This document shows positions 8,207 to 18,968 of a stretch of DNA of 64,000 nt, in pieces. The notes under the pieces were generated by a model, which made no database searches, was not told the DNA's origin, and saw only the letters and a list, made by a program, of their open reading frames with translations. Source of the stretch: a virus; the IMG/VR virus record IMGVR_UViG_3300009117_000044, positions 4,688-68,687 of that record, one strand, 5' to 3'. Position 1 is the first letter of the stretch. The number at the start of each line of letters is the position of its first letter. The translations under genes and the position numbers were made by a program.

Positions 8207-10732
8207 TTAATACAAATCAATAAACCTTGCTTCTGTCGTTCCATCTTCATATTCAATAACCACTTCAATGCCAACCTGTGAGTTGCTACTCAGCTTTTCA
8301 AGGTTTTCAGATGCGATTTGTGCCGAGAGCGTGTAGCTAGAACGATTCGCTGGATAGATGGTCTGAGCCATACTTTTTGTCATATTAGCTACACCCATTG
8401 CCTTAAAGGATGTCGACCCACTTACACCGTTATCACCATCTACTTCAAAGCCTGAGTTAATCCAGTAAGCCATCGCATCATCACCACGAGAATTTCGCAA
8501 TAAATTAAATGGCACCATTTCACGGATATCATTGTTTGTCACCATACTTGTGCCTTCAAGAGAATCTGCTACATTGTCCCACTGGCTTGCAGAACTGCCC
8601 AGATTTTTAAGGGTAGTGGATAGTTCGAGCACCGTATTCCACGGCTCTTGTAAGTTGTACTCTCTTCGTATGACACGAGTGGTAACTGACAGCCCTAAAT
8701 CCTTATCTTCTACATGAACGTAATCGCCAAGCGACCATGCCTCATGCTCATAACCCGTTAAGACTGATAAATCCATTGCATTTAAAACATAGGAGATATT
8801 GGGTTTTGCATACTGAGCAAGTCTCATCTCGGTATATTCTTTCATCTGATAGGGATTGGTAAAGGAAGAACAATCAAGCGTTGATATTCGAATATCAGAC
8901 GAATAAGTATAGTCCTCCACATATGCCTTTCCTCCATTGATGTCTGCAAAAGTAAGACCATCGCTACCAATGGCATAAAGCCTTGTTACAAGACTTCTGG
9001 TATCAACGACTCTTTTAATGCTCTTCATATTTTTCTTATAGGAAAACAATGCACCACTATCCGTACCATAGACCGTTAAGAGATGGACCAGTCTATTCGG
9101 GCAATCAAAGACAAGGTCCCCACCGTGTAAGTCAGCAACCGTGCGAAGGATGGAAAGTGCATTCTTTTCTGTACTCGTCCAGGTTCTTTTAGTTCGCACA
9201 TTGACTGTGCCTACGCTCCACTCTGTTCCTTCTAAAGCATAAGCCATAGAGACTTCAGCAGTTTCTGCATCAAATTTATGCTCTTCTTTTCGCACTGAAA
9301 AGGTCAGGTCATAAAACTCTGCCTCAGCATACACTTCAGTCGCTAGATTTCCTTCGCTGTCTTTTGTATCCGTCAAAGTCCTTACTTTGTAGACGTCATC
9401 AACAATCTGGATTTTCTTTTCACTATCAATAAATCCCCGCTTGGGATCACGGTAGGGGATCATAAAGGAGAGCGTATCCTCACCATTGATTTCACTGGTT
9501 ACTACAATGTTATAAGCATTTTCTAACACAGCCTCCCAGGCTCCAGTTGAATCCAGTACGACCGGTCTTGAAAAACCAATCCTTTCATAAGGTGACTTTG
9601 GAATGTCATATAGCCTGATATCAATAATTCGTGGAGTCTTACTCGTATCTGTGGTAGTAAGCGTGACTCTAAAACGAATGTATGCCTTATTCGGAGATAC
9701 CAGTTTTCCATCAAGTGCGATGGCTGCCCAATCACTCCAATGAACTAGGTCATCGCTTGTTGAGGTTTCTATTGGCCCAACTGCAGTTACCCCAGAAATA
9801 TATTCACTGGTAACAGATACCCGACCTGTGCCAGACAGATTGCACGTTGCCGGAGCCGTATATAGTGTTCCTTCCGTTGGATAGACACCTTCTGTTTCCC
9901 TTAAGCTCACCACTCCCGGTACGCTAAGGGCATCAACAGCACCGCCCATATCACCCCCGTTAGTCAAAAGAGACCCATTGAAATAATCAATCAAATCATC
10001 CGTTGTAAGACTGGAATCCATATCAAAAAACCAGTCATCAAATCTGCCAGCATACCAATAGGCATCCGCATGCATGCCCATAATGATGTCGGCCGTACAA
10101 GATGGGTTTAATGTGCCTGTAAAGGAATAGGTCGGGGATACCCAGCTTATTTCATTCGTCCTATCTCCTAGTACAATCCATGCATTTTTATTGTTTGGCT
10201 CTATGACCATGCAAATAAAATACACACCACCATTGATTAAAGAAAAAGGCGGTGTGGTTGTTTGGTCGAGTATGAGAGAACCACTAGCGTTATAAAGCAT
10301 GATTCTAGGTCTGCCTGCAAAGAGCGACAGGTAAAAGATTGGCTGACCAGGACCATAGCGCGTATTCAATATGGGGCAATAGGTATTTCCCACCGAATAA
10401 GTAGTCGGTATCATCCATCCGCCAACAAGGATTCGTTCTCCCATCTCCGAAAAGAAAGTACCATCATTAGCCACTTTAAGATAAGTCTTTTCCGTAGCGG
10501 GATTGTTGATGTTGATTCGGATTTGTCTCCCTTTTTGCCCACTTTGAAGGCTTGTAGTTGTTCCTAGATAATTTACAAGCTCTATTTTTCTGTCTAACCC
10601 AGAAGAGTCTGCAAGATAGCCATATTCATCAACTGATACATCATTAAATCGCCACAGTCCAGATTTTGCATATTCGACTGGGAACTCTCCCGTAAAATCT
10701 GTCTGTTTATTTAATATTGTTTTTAGTGCCAC
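8207..10732 (-). CDS. Tail spike/Tal-like protein with N-terminal LamG-like domain and prophage tail endopeptidase region
   Basis: Follows Dit; GLWRFND and YAGRFDDW LamG-like motifs; KNMKSIKRVVDTRSLVTRLYAIG, LGDYVHVED tail motifs. Confidence 0.8.
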   Translation of the reverse strand: MALKTILNKQTDFTGEFPVEYAKSGLWRFNDVSVDEYGYLADSSGLDRKIELVNYLGTTTSLQSGQKGRQIRININNPATEKTYLKVANDGTFFSEMGERILVGGWMIPTTYSVGNTYCPILNTRYGPGQPIFYLSLFAGRPRIMLYNASGSLILDQTTTPPFSLINGGVYFICMVIEPNNKNAWIVLGDRTNEISWVSPTYSFTGTLNPSCTADIIMGMHADAYWYAGRFDDWFFDMDSSLTTDDLIDYFNGSLLTNGGDMGGAVDALSVPGVVSLRETEGVYPTEGTLYTAPATCNLSGTGRVSVTSEYISGVTAVGPIETSTSDDLVHWSDWAAIALDGKLVSPNKAYIRFRVTLTTTDTSKTPRIIDIRLYDIPKSPYERIGFSRPVVLDSTGAWEAVLENAYNIVVTSEINGEDTLSFMIPYRDPKRGFIDSEKKIQIVDDVYKVRTLTDTKDSEGNLATEVYAEAEFYDLTFSVRKEEHKFDAETAEVSMAYALEGTEWSVGTVNVRTKRTWTSTEKNALSILRTVADLHGGDLVFDCPNRLVHLLTVYGTDSGALFSYKKNMKSIKRVVDTRSLVTRLYAIGSDGLTFADINGGKAYVEDYTYSSDIRISTLDCSSFTNPYQMKEYTEMRLAQYAKPNISYVLNAMDLSVLTGYEHEAWSLGDYVHVEDKDLGLSVTTRVIRREYNLQEPWNTVLELSTTLKNLGSSASQWDNVADSLEGTSMVTNNDIREMVPFNLLRNSRGDDAMAYWINSGFEVDGDNGVSGSTSFKAMGVANMTKSMAQTIYPANRSSYTLSAQIASENLEKLSSNSQVGIEVVIEYEDGTTEARFIDLY

Positions 10733-10736
10733 TGGA

Positions 10737-11519
10737 TCACCTCCATCTACTGCGAGCCTTTATTTCAAGCGCTGTAAATACAGCATTATTCGTTGTTATC
10801 GTTAGGGTGTTAGTGCCTACATTGAGACTTGGAAAATCTATCTCCTCTAGGTAAGGCAAAGCGTTTCTTAAGATTATCCCGTTTTCGTCTTCCACATAAG
10901 CCGTCATCTTATCTGTATCAATGACAAGGGTTTCTTCTGCCAAAAGTACAGCATTCACTATTTTCATTTCCAAGCCATTGGTTGTAACAGAAATAGAATT
11001 GTTCACACCCGATGTGATGATTCCCTTCAAGCGATACATAGGATTGGATTCAACATTACCGGTCTGTCTTAAAATCGTGTGACTTCCTTCGCTTTCTATT
11101 AAATAATTTTCATCCGTAATGGCATAAGCAAAAGGGTCAGGACAGAAAAATTTCAAGTTAAAACTTCCTGCAAAACGAATGAGTCGTTCACAATCCACTT
11201 TTTCATTCAGCCTTGCCATGAAATACCTGTCGGGTACATCATCAAAAACAAGCTGTCTCAACCCTTGCATTGGATCAAGCCAAGTAGAAATATTATCAAG
11301 GGTAGTCACCAGTGCAGAAAAGCTATGCTTAGGATAGATATTACAAGCTAAATTGATTTCTCGGTAATCAAAATCAGCCCCAAAGTCTGTCACACCATAC
11401 TTTCCAGGTACGGTGGTGGTAAAATTACGCATTCCTCCACAGACCTGCCAGGAAGTGAGCCTGGCTTTTAGTCCCATGCTTTTTGAAGAAATATCGTCAT
11501 ATGAAAAACCCATCGGCAC
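10737..11519 (-). CDS. Distal tail protein (Dit)
   Basis: Directly after tape measure; LVFDDVPDRYFMAR, F.CPDPFAY motifs. Confidence 0.85.
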   Translation of the reverse strand: MPMGFSYDDISSKSMGLKARLTSWQVCGGMRNFTTTVPGKYGVTDFGADFDYREINLACNIYPKHSFSALVTTLDNISTWLDPMQGLRQLVFDDVPDRYFMARLNEKVDCERLIRFAGSFNLKFFCPDPFAYAITDENYLIESEGSHTILRQTGNVESNPMYRLKGIITSGVNNSISVTTNGLEMKIVNAVLLAEETLVIDTDKMTAYVEDENGIILRNALPYLEEIDFPSLNVGTNTLTITTNNAVFTALEIKARSRWR

Positions 11520-11525
11520 ACCTCC

Positions 11526-14132
11526 TTATGTTGTAGAAAACCGGCCCTGAGCACGAGAGCCTGTCTGAATTAAGTTATAAAGTTCCTGAGATACCCTTCT
11601 GATATCATCTTCACTTCGTACAATCATCTGCTGTACAGTAACTAGCGACCCACTGACACCACCTAGGGAAGAGGTCGCTGCATTTGAAATCACGCCGCCT
11701 ACAGAAGTATCCACTGAAAAGTCTGTAGGCAAGGATGTACTCATATCGCTGGCAAGACTGGTCATCACATCGTTGATATCCTCGCTCATCATTTCAGCCG
11801 CTTTCACAGCTTCATCACCGTTATCTTGGATAGAACCTGCAAGACCTTTTACAAGCATTTCACCAACCCACCCCATCTGTTTCGATGGTGATTTGATACC
11901 GAAGAAATCCTTGATTCCAGTCCAAATGCCACTAATCCAACCACTGACTTTATTCCATAACCAAGAAGCAAGAGATTGAATACCCTGCCATAACCCTTTT
12001 ACAATGTTGCCACCCACCGTCACGATGGAACCCATGGAGTTTGTAAATGCTCTGACGATGCCGCCAATAATCTGAGGCACTGCTTTTACGATCTCTACCA
12101 CAATGGTTGGTAAATTCTGAATGAGTGCTACAAATAGCTGAACCCCTGCCATAATTATCTTGTCGATGTTTCCAATTAAGGCATTTACGATACTTGAAAT
12201 GATTTGAGGGATTGCCGCCACAATGGTGGTAATAATGGTCGGTAGATTTTGAATCAGTGCAACAAGTAAGTCGACACCCGCTTGTATGAGTTGTGGAATC
12301 GAACTTAAAATCCCATTTAATATTCCATCAATAATCTGTGGAATCGCCTCTACAATAGCCGTAATAATTTCAGGCAAGGCTGTAACCAGCGATGTTAATA
12401 GCTGAATACCTGCATCTATAATCTGAGGAATTGCGCTAATAATAAAATCAACGATTGCCAAAATAATCGTAGGGAGAGCCTCAATTAGTTGCGGGATCGC
12501 CTCGAGAAACCCCTGAGCCAAACCAAGTATTAACTGCAGTGCTGCATCGAGCAGCATGGGTAGATTATCAACCAAACCTTGCACAATCGTAGTAATTGCA
12601 TTAACTGCCGCAGGAATCAGTTCTGGCATTGCCTGCCCAAGGCCATCCACTAAAGCTGCTATTAACTGAACGGCTGTATCCACTAGCAGTGGTAAGTTTT
12701 CAATCAACGCATTCACAATCGTGAGAATGGAATCAACTGCTACCGGTATTAGGGTAGGTAGTAGGTTCATCAGTGCGTTCAGTACCTGAGTAAATAAATC
12801 TGTCACGGTGGCAAGGAGTGTCGGTAACAAATCTGAGATGGCATCTAGCAATGCTTCAATGGCTATAGGTAGTGCTATTACGATATTTCCAATCACTGGA
12901 GTAATGTTTTTCACCACAGACTGAAAGGCATCCACCATGTTTTTACTGAGTTGTTCCATATCCGCATCAGCATTTCCAAAACCAACTAAAAGATTTTGTA
13001 AAGCCGATTGGAAGGCATTCAAGGACCCTGAAATAGTCTCCTCTGCCTCAAGAGCAGTCGTACCAGCAATACCCATGCTTTCTTGAATGACATGGATGGC
13101 AGAAACTACATCGGCATACGAAGAAACATCATACTCAATACCAGAGATGGCCTCGGCATCGGCAAGGAGCCGCTCCATTTCACTTTTTGTACCACCATAT
13201 CCAAGTTTAAGGTTGTCTAGCATGGTGTAATTTTGCTTAGCAAAACCCTGATAGGCATTTTGAATGGACTCCATGTCTGTACCCATTTTATTGGCATTGT
13301 CAGACATATCGGTGATCGCCATATCCGCATATTTAACGGCTTTTTCTGTATCTCCTCCAAGAGAAGAAATAAGGCTTGCAGAAAAAGAAGTCACGGTTTC
13401 CATGTAGTCATTGGCAGAAAGACCTGCCGTCTTATAGGCATTCGATGCATAGTCTTGTAACTGCTGAGAGTTTTCTTTAAAAAGTGTATCTACACCACCG
13501 ACTAATTGTTCGTAATCAGCATAGGCAGAAATGACTTCTTTACCAAGTTTGACAGCCGCCGCACCTGCTGCAACAGCAACTGCTCCCATGGCAATGCCGA
13601 TAGATTTTAAAGTTGTACCTAAGCCTTTAAACTTAGATTCGGATTTTTCAGCAGAGTCAGCTGCCTCATCAATCTCTTTTCCCATATCATCTGCACTGTC
13701 GGTGACATCGTTCATTTCACGGTTCATGTCATCGAGAGCATCTTCAGCATCATCATAATTAGAGTTAGCTTCTTCAAGAGCAGCATTATTGCTACTTAAC
13801 TCTCGCTCCATATTGTTGAGTGCCGCCTCAGCATTGTTCAATTGAATCTGCCAGTTTTGTGTTCTTCTATCGGTTTCTCCAAAGGAGGTAGCTGCATTTT
13901 CTAGAGCCGACCTCAAGGTATCAATTTTGCTCTTTTGGGTTTCAATCTCTTTGTTGAGAACTGAATTCCTGGCGGAAAGAGCCTGGACAGACTTATCGTT
14001 TTTATCAAATTCTGAAGCTACCAGTTTCATTTCAGAGCCAAGTACTTTAAAGGAGCGATTGATATCTGTTAATGCCTTCTTAAATTCTTTCTCGCCTTCA
14101 AGACCAATCTTCAAACCAAAATTATCTGCCAT
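11526..14132 (-). CDS. Tape measure protein
   Basis: FGLKIGLEGEKEFK start, coiled-coil N-terminus, amphipathic Leu/Ile repeats, FFGIKSPSK motif. Confidence 0.9.
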   Translation of the reverse strand: MADNFGLKIGLEGEKEFKKALTDINRSFKVLGSEMKLVASEFDKNDKSVQALSARNSVLNKEIETQKSKIDTLRSALENAATSFGETDRRTQNWQIQLNNAEAALNNMERELSSNNAALEEANSNYDDAEDALDDMNREMNDVTDSADDMGKEIDEAADSAEKSESKFKGLGTTLKSIGIAMGAVAVAAGAAAVKLGKEVISAYADYEQLVGGVDTLFKENSQQLQDYASNAYKTAGLSANDYMETVTSFSASLISSLGGDTEKAVKYADMAITDMSDNANKMGTDMESIQNAYQGFAKQNYTMLDNLKLGYGGTKSEMERLLADAEAISGIEYDVSSYADVVSAIHVIQESMGIAGTTALEAEETISGSLNAFQSALQNLLVGFGNADADMEQLSKNMVDAFQSVVKNITPVIGNIVIALPIAIEALLDAISDLLPTLLATVTDLFTQVLNALMNLLPTLIPVAVDSILTIVNALIENLPLLVDTAVQLIAALVDGLGQAMPELIPAAVNAITTIVQGLVDNLPMLLDAALQLILGLAQGFLEAIPQLIEALPTIILAIVDFIISAIPQIIDAGIQLLTSLVTALPEIITAIVEAIPQIIDGILNGILSSIPQLIQAGVDLLVALIQNLPTIITTIVAAIPQIISSIVNALIGNIDKIIMAGVQLFVALIQNLPTIVVEIVKAVPQIIGGIVRAFTNSMGSIVTVGGNIVKGLWQGIQSLASWLWNKVSGWISGIWTGIKDFFGIKSPSKQMGWVGEMLVKGLAGSIQDNGDEAVKAAEMMSEDINDVMTSLASDMSTSLPTDFSVDTSVGGVISNAATSSLGGVSGSLVTVQQMIVRSEDDIRRVSQELYNLIQTGSRAQGRFSTT

Positions 14133-14149
14133 GCTTTCCTCCTCCTTTG

Positions 14150-14360
14150 TCAGATTCCATCAGGGATAATGTCATCAATAAATATCTCTCTTTTTGGTTT
14201 TGCCAGCCCCTGATACTGTTTGTGACACTCCCACAAGTCTAGTAGCAAACCAAACGGCATCAGCCAAAATTCATCCATGGTCAGATGTAATACGCTGATG
14301 CCGTAATATAAAAGCCTCGTAAATAACTCTTCGTCACTTACGGGGCTACTGCGTTTTTTT
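14150..14360 (-). CDS. Tail assembly chaperone -1 frameshift extension (gpT-like)
   Basis: A AAA AAC slippery heptamer at 14353-14359; -1 frame open to TGA at 14150 (EELFTRLLYYG..FWLMPFGLLLDLWECHKQ). Confidence 0.75.
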
Positions 14361-14721
14361 GGCTTTCCTCACTGAGTACATTTCTTTTTGCACCCTTGTA
14401 AAGGGCATTCATAATTTCCTCTTTGTACTCTGCCAAATCAATCGGGCTTGTGAGAATTTCCACCTCATCTTCTGTTAGTAATTCCTTCGGTGCATCCTTG
14501 TGCTTGATGTTATAGACAAGGGTACTTTGATTGGCCAGTAAGGTAATCAGCCACACAATCTCCGAAAGTGCCATCTCGACATTCTCAGACTTCATTAGCT
14601 TATCGCCTAGGTTTTCAAGACCACCGTAGCGTGCTGCGATGTCTTTGGTCGCTTTGGTCGTGAGTAGTAGTGTGTACTCATTACCTGAAATTGTTATGTT
14701 TGCACTTCGATCGTTTTCCAT
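14338..14721 (-). CDS. Tail assembly chaperone (gpG-like)
   Basis: Between major tail and tape measure genes; ends at slippery site. Confidence 0.85.
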   Translation of the reverse strand: MENDRSANITISGNEYTLLLTTKATKDIAARYGGLENLGDKLMKSENVEMALSEIVWLITLLANQSTLVYNIKHKDAPKELLTEDEVEILTSPIDLAEYKEEIMNALYKGAKRNVLSEESQKNAVAP

Positions 14722-14738
14722 TTTAATCTATCTCCTTA

Positions 14739-15329
14739 TCATGGTAATATCACATATTCAGGTTCATAAACTTCTGTATACCAGGCACTGATAACAGATG
14801 CCGGTACATCCTTATCGCCTTCGGTCACTTCTGCTTTCCACGGATGCTTTCCATTGGTGTCTGCTTTGTTTCTTCTTAGAACCGTTCCTTCAATAGTCGG
14901 TGTTGAGAAGGTAATGCTGTCACCTTTGGTTGCTAGGTTTGTAGATGGGATACCGAACTTCACTCGGTAGAGCCAATAGTATTTATACTTGCCATTGGAT
15001 TTCTTTGCTCTAAAACCGACAGCCACAGGATTCCCGCCATCTTCACTGTTAGAAACCACAACGTTGTTCTTATCAACCGTGACACCGGTTAAGGCGGCTG
15101 CAGTAGTCGAGCCAATATCATCTACTCCAAGAGAGATAGTGCCATTCTTAAATTCTTTGACGATTTCTGCCGCACCATCATCTGCATAGAGGGTTGCCTC
15201 TGCCAGTTCAACAGATAGCTCTGCTGAGATTGCTTTTGCCAGCTGAGTGGGTGTGCCATAGATTTCTTCGCCATTTTCATCATCTGTGATGGTCGCATAA
15301 TAAAGTTTATCCAGACCAATTGTTGCCAT
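14739..15329 (-). CDS. Major tail protein (phi13 family)
   Basis: MATIGLDKLYYA, LYADDG, YYWLYRVKF, TKGDSITFSTPTIEG motifs. Confidence 0.9.
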   Translation of the reverse strand: MATIGLDKLYYATITDDENGEEIYGTPTQLAKAISAELSVELAEATLYADDGAAEIVKEFKNGTISLGVDDIGSTTAAALTGVTVDKNNVVVSNSEDGGNPVAVGFRAKKSNGKYKYYWLYRVKFGIPSTNLATKGDSITFSTPTIEGTVLRRNKADTNGKHPWKAEVTEGDKDVPASVISAWYTEVYEPEYVILP

Positions 15330-15331
15330 TT

Positions 15332-15676
15332 TTAATTACCTCCTATTTCATAATGTTTGGCTACATCCACGTTGTAGTGGTAATAGCCCGTATCATCTTC
15401 AAAGCCGATGTAGCTCCGTGCGGTTATGGTGAAACTGGAAGCCAACAATAACTGCACCACTTGATTTTTTAACGCTGTATAACTGCCTTTGCTATAAATT
15501 GAAATCCGTGCCTCTTGAACATCGATGCATGGTAGATTATCCGAATGAAGATCAAAGCTATCGCTCATCGGAACAATCACCATGTACTTACCAGGGGCAG
15601 TATCCGAAAACATACCTGTTTCTATTGGAACATCCAGTGATTCTAAAGCGACTTGTAAGTCTGCTAGAATGCTCAT
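15332..15676 (-). CDS. Tail terminator/completion protein
   Basis: Position between gp10-like and major tail; FEDDTGYYHY motif. Confidence 0.7.
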   Translation of the reverse strand: MSILADLQVALESLDVPIETGMFSDTAPGKYMVIVPMSDSFDLHSDNLPCIDVQEARISIYSKGSYTALKNQVVQLLLASSFTITARSYIGFEDDTGYYHYNVDVAKHYEIGGN

Positions 15677-16104
15677 ATCTTTTTGACCTCCTCTTCAAAA
15701 GTGCTTTTCATTGTCGAGATACACTCAGACTTTGATGCACTTTTAGCTGGTTTCAAAAAAGGTTTCGCAGGTTGACCGTGTTTGCCATACTCAAGGATGT
15801 TTGCTATTTTTGCGTTACTCTCACCATCAGGCCTTGGTTCAGAAAATCCAATTTTTATATTGTGGTTTCCGTTCCTATCTAGCCTGACTGAAGTGACACC
15901 GAGTGCCTTTTCTAATTCACCCGTTGATCGTGATTCATGCTTTGTACCTTTACCGATTACAGCAGAAAGATTGCTCTTCGTTCGTTTGAAAACGACTTCG
16001 CCACCTGCTTTTAGCACCTTTTCGGCAACAGGGTCAAAGTCAGATCCAAGCTTTGAAACCTTAAGTAGAAATTCATCGGGCATCTTAATATCAACTTTTG
16101 CCAA
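15673..16104 (-). CDS. HK97 gp10-like protein
   Basis: RSTGELEKAL, ILEYGKHGQPAKPFLKPA motifs. Confidence 0.85.
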   Translation of the reverse strand: MAKVDIKMPDEFLLKVSKLGSDFDPVAEKVLKAGGEVVFKRTKSNLSAVIGKGTKHESRSTGELEKALGVTSVRLDRNGNHNIKIGFSEPRPDGESNAKIANILEYGKHGQPAKPFLKPAKSASKSECISTMKSTFEEEVKKI

Positions 16105-16432
16105 TACTGCTCACCACCTTCTTTGCCAAAACTTCTGTATACATACCTCGACCTTTTACGTTTTCTACCGAGGTAATATCAAAACGCTCTCCATCACACT
16201 CAATAAAGTGTTCTGTCGTGACCTCGACTCCTGGAATCGCACGAAACCTGAATAAATCTGTAGCCTCTGAAAAAGTAGCTAGGTTAGCCCAGCGTTCACT
16301 GCCATGACGCCCTTCCCGGTAGACTCGAATCGAAGCAATCACGGTTTCTGATGTTGTCGCAAATCCTTCACTGTCTTTTGTTTTTGTGACTACCTTAATA
16401 TCAGCAAATCCATTCATTTTTCCGAAACTCAC
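16091..16432 (-). CDS. Head closure (head-tail adaptor) protein
   Basis: GTG start SFGKMN..; YREGRHGSERWAN, FRFRAIP, FDITSVENVKGRGMY motifs. Confidence 0.8.
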   Translation of the reverse strand: MSFGKMNGFADIKVVTKTKDSEGFATTSETVIASIRVYREGRHGSERWANLATFSEATDLFRFRAIPGVEVTTEHFIECDGERFDITSVENVKGRGMYTEVLAKKVVSSIGKS

Positions 16433-16455
16433 AACCAGTACCTCGCTTTCAATGT

Positions 16456-16764
16456 TTAAACCTTCCAATCCCGATCGAGTCTTAATAGTAGGTTGACCGT
16501 TTTCCAAACCTGCTGACCCGCCTGCACATTATCTGCAAAGAAGCCACCTGTACTGCCATCTCTGCTTTCATAAAAATGAGAGGAGAGCATAATAATGGCT
16601 TGCTCTGTAGTCGGTGGCATAGGATTGTCGCTATAGAAATTTTCTGGTACATGCTGATAACTCTCGGCATAACTGACAGCAGCGGCGATGAACATCTCTA
16701 AGAGTTCGTCATCAGCTTCATGCTCTAAAATCAAGTTTGCCTTTACCTTTTGAATCAGTGTCAT
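16456..16764 (-). CDS. Head-tail connector (gp6-like)
   Basis: KVKANLILEHEADDELL, AIIMLSSHFYESRD motifs. Confidence 0.85.
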   Translation of the reverse strand: MTLIQKVKANLILEHEADDELLEMFIAAAVSYAESYQHVPENFYSDNPMPPTTEQAIIMLSSHFYESRDGSTGGFFADNVQAGQQVWKTVNLLLRLDRDWKV

Positions 16765-16786
16765 ACCGCTACCATCCTTTCTCTTT

Positions 16787-17011
16787 TTAATCAGCTTCCA
16801 TGAGTCCGGCTGTTTTTAGCTTTGAAAGCAATGCATTAAAATCAACAACTAAACTCGTAATATCTTCTGCCACACTAGGTGCTTGGTTTTCTGCAGGAGT
16901 AAAAGAAGAAGGGAGACCTGTTACGGTTGCTCCCTCCTTAATCTCTAACGTTCCTGCGATGACGGTTTTATCTCCGCCTTGTTCGGTGTAGTTTTTTGTG
17001 TTGTAATCCAT
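16787..17011 (-). CDS. Small head fiber/decoration-like protein
   Basis: YNTKNYTEQGG, LVVDFNALLSKLKTAGLM; immediately after capsid. Confidence 0.7.
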   Translation of the reverse strand: MDYNTKNYTEQGGDKTVIAGTLEIKEGATVTGLPSSFTPAENQAPSVAEDITSLVVDFNALLSKLKTAGLMEAD

Positions 17012-17023
17012 ATCGCACCTCCG

Positions 17024-18220
17024 TTAGGCTTTCTGCTGAAGAACCTTGATTGCTTCAGGTAGTACTAACTTGCCATCCACACGTTCTTTAGCTACAAAAC
17101 CGACCATGCCATTACCTGCAAACAGCTCACGAAGTTCTGCAAAGGAACGAGAACCACGATCTCCAATGTTGTAGTAAGACAAATCGCCAAAGATAATGGT
17201 CTTAGCACCTGCCTCAATGGTAGGCATATAAGCAGATGTATAAACAGGATAGCCAAGTAGTTTATCTGGTTCACCTGCAACAAGAGCTGCTTGCCACATA
17301 TAGGCACCGTTCCCGTCCTTTAGTTTTCTAAGGGCTGCAATGGTCTGGTCATTCAAAATGAACACGGCATTTTTACGGTAAGGACGCTTCAGTGAATACA
17401 CCAGGTTAATCACTTCGTCAGCAGTAATCGCCGTTGCAGATGCTGTGGTCACACCGACTTCAGCACCACCACTTGCAGCTAGAATACCCAGTGGTTTCCC
17501 TGTACCATTACCATTAATAAAGGCATCTTCTTCGGCATTGGCCAGAGCCTTATAAAACTCCTCAATGATGTAGTTCTCCAGTTGGAAGGCATTGTCATAA
17601 AGTAGTTCTTCAGTAACCTTTACGGCTACATGAAGTTTGTGGGCATCCAGATTGATTTGAGAGAAGGTTGCATCACTAAAGGTCAGTGCCTCGCCCTCAT
17701 CAATCCATGCAGCTGCAGGTTTTGTAGCTGCAATATTAATTTTTCGCTCACCAGATGTGGTAATGGTATGACCCAGCTTACGAATGATATTTTCGTCTTT
17801 CAGCCCATCAATCAGTCTCGTGTCATACTCTTCTGGAACCAGATATCCACCATCAGCATCAACACCTTCTTGCAGGACATTGGATACATTACGGAAGTTT
17901 GAACGAAGAGCTGAAAGCATGGCTGTCTTATAAGAATCAGCTGCTCGGCCAGTTTTGATTTCACTGTTATCCAGTCGACCATTCATCGGATTTTCAATGA
18001 TTGGCTTGCTGACAGGTTTTTCAAGTTCAGCCTCGATTGCTTCACGTCTTTCCATGCGATGGATTTCATTCGTGAGTTCAGTGATCTCATCTTCCATGGT
18101 TTTGTAGGTTTTATCATCTTCTGCGGACAATGTGCCATTCTTGGTTTTATGAGTGTCCAAGAACCCGTCCATTGTTTCAATGAGCTTTTTGCGCTTGTTA
18201 CGCATTTCTGTAATCGTCAT
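17024..18220 (-). CDS. Major capsid protein, HK97 fold
   Basis: N-terminal delta domain, DGGYLVPEE, AAWIDEG, FGDLSYY, ERVDGKL motifs. Confidence 0.95.
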   Translation of the reverse strand: MTITEMRNKRKKLIETMDGFLDTHKTKNGTLSAEDDKTYKTMEDEITELTNEIHRMERREAIEAELEKPVSKPIIENPMNGRLDNSEIKTGRAADSYKTAMLSALRSNFRNVSNVLQEGVDADGGYLVPEEYDTRLIDGLKDENIIRKLGHTITTSGERKINIAATKPAAAWIDEGEALTFSDATFSQINLDAHKLHVAVKVTEELLYDNAFQLENYIIEEFYKALANAEEDAFINGNGTGKPLGILAASGGAEVGVTTASATAITADEVINLVYSLKRPYRKNAVFILNDQTIAALRKLKDGNGAYMWQAALVAGEPDKLLGYPVYTSAYMPTIEAGAKTIIFGDLSYYNIGDRGSRSFAELRELFAGNGMVGFVAKERVDGKLVLPEAIKVLQQKA

Positions 18221-18236
18221 AGTAAAATTCCTCCAT

Positions 18237-18968
18237 TTACATATATTTTTTGATAATTAAAAGACGCTCCTTGAGTTCATCAATTGAGCGCCCTTGTGGT
18301 TTTAGAGTTTCCTCTGCCTTGATTGGTATTGTCTTTTCTGCAATTTTATTTAGCAGATTCGTAGCCACTGCTTTTCTAGAAAACGCATAGGCAGAAAAAG
18401 TGGGTTCGGATTGTTTCTCATCCTTTAGCACATCGTCTGCAAAGCCAAGTTCTATGGCTTTGTTGGCATTCATCCAGGTTTCAGCATCCATCAGATGAGA
18501 TAGTTTGATGCGAGATACTCCAGTCTTAATCTCATAGGCATTAATAATGCTTTCTTTCACCTCATCTAACATCTCAATCGCTCGTTTCATGTCTTCATGA
18601 TCGCCCATCGTGATGGTTGCCGGGTTATGAATCATCATGAGTGCTGTCGGAGCCATCAATACCTTTGTTCCTGCCATGGCAATGACAGAAGCGGCTGATG
18701 CTGCAATCCCATCAATCTTGACGGTTACCTCATCTGGATAATCCATCAACATGGTATAAATCTGACTTGCGGCAATGCAATCTCCACCCGGTGAGTTAAT
18801 CCATAAGGTGATGGGTCCTTTTCCGCTAAAGAGTTCATTTCTAAACATCTGCGGGGTCACATCATCATCAAACCAGCTTTCTTCAGCGATTGTTCCATAA
18901 AGCTCAAGAACTCGTTCTTCTTGTTCGCTTGCTTGGTTCTTCCATCGCCAAAATATCTTGTTCTTCAT
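18237..18968 (-). CDS. ClpP-like prohead protease
   Basis: WINSPGGD, GIAASAASVI, MMIHNP, ETWMNA..AIELGFAD; start MKNKIFWRW at 18968. Confidence 0.92.
   Translation of the reverse strand: MKNKIFWRWKNQASEQEERVLELYGTIAEESWFDDDVTPQMFRNELFSGKGPITLWINSPGGDCIAASQIYTMLMDYPDEVTVKIDGIAASAASVIAMAGTKVLMAPTALMMIHNPATITMGDHEDMKRAIEMLDEVKESIINAYEIKTGVSRIKLSHLMDAETWMNANKAIELGFADDVLKDEKQSEPTFSAYAFSRKAVATNLLNKIAEKTIPIKAEETLKPQGRSIDELKERLLIIKKYM

Noticed and set aside
12060-12900. Periodic Leu/Ile repeats in the tape measure
   Set aside because: Ordinary amphipathic tape measure repeats
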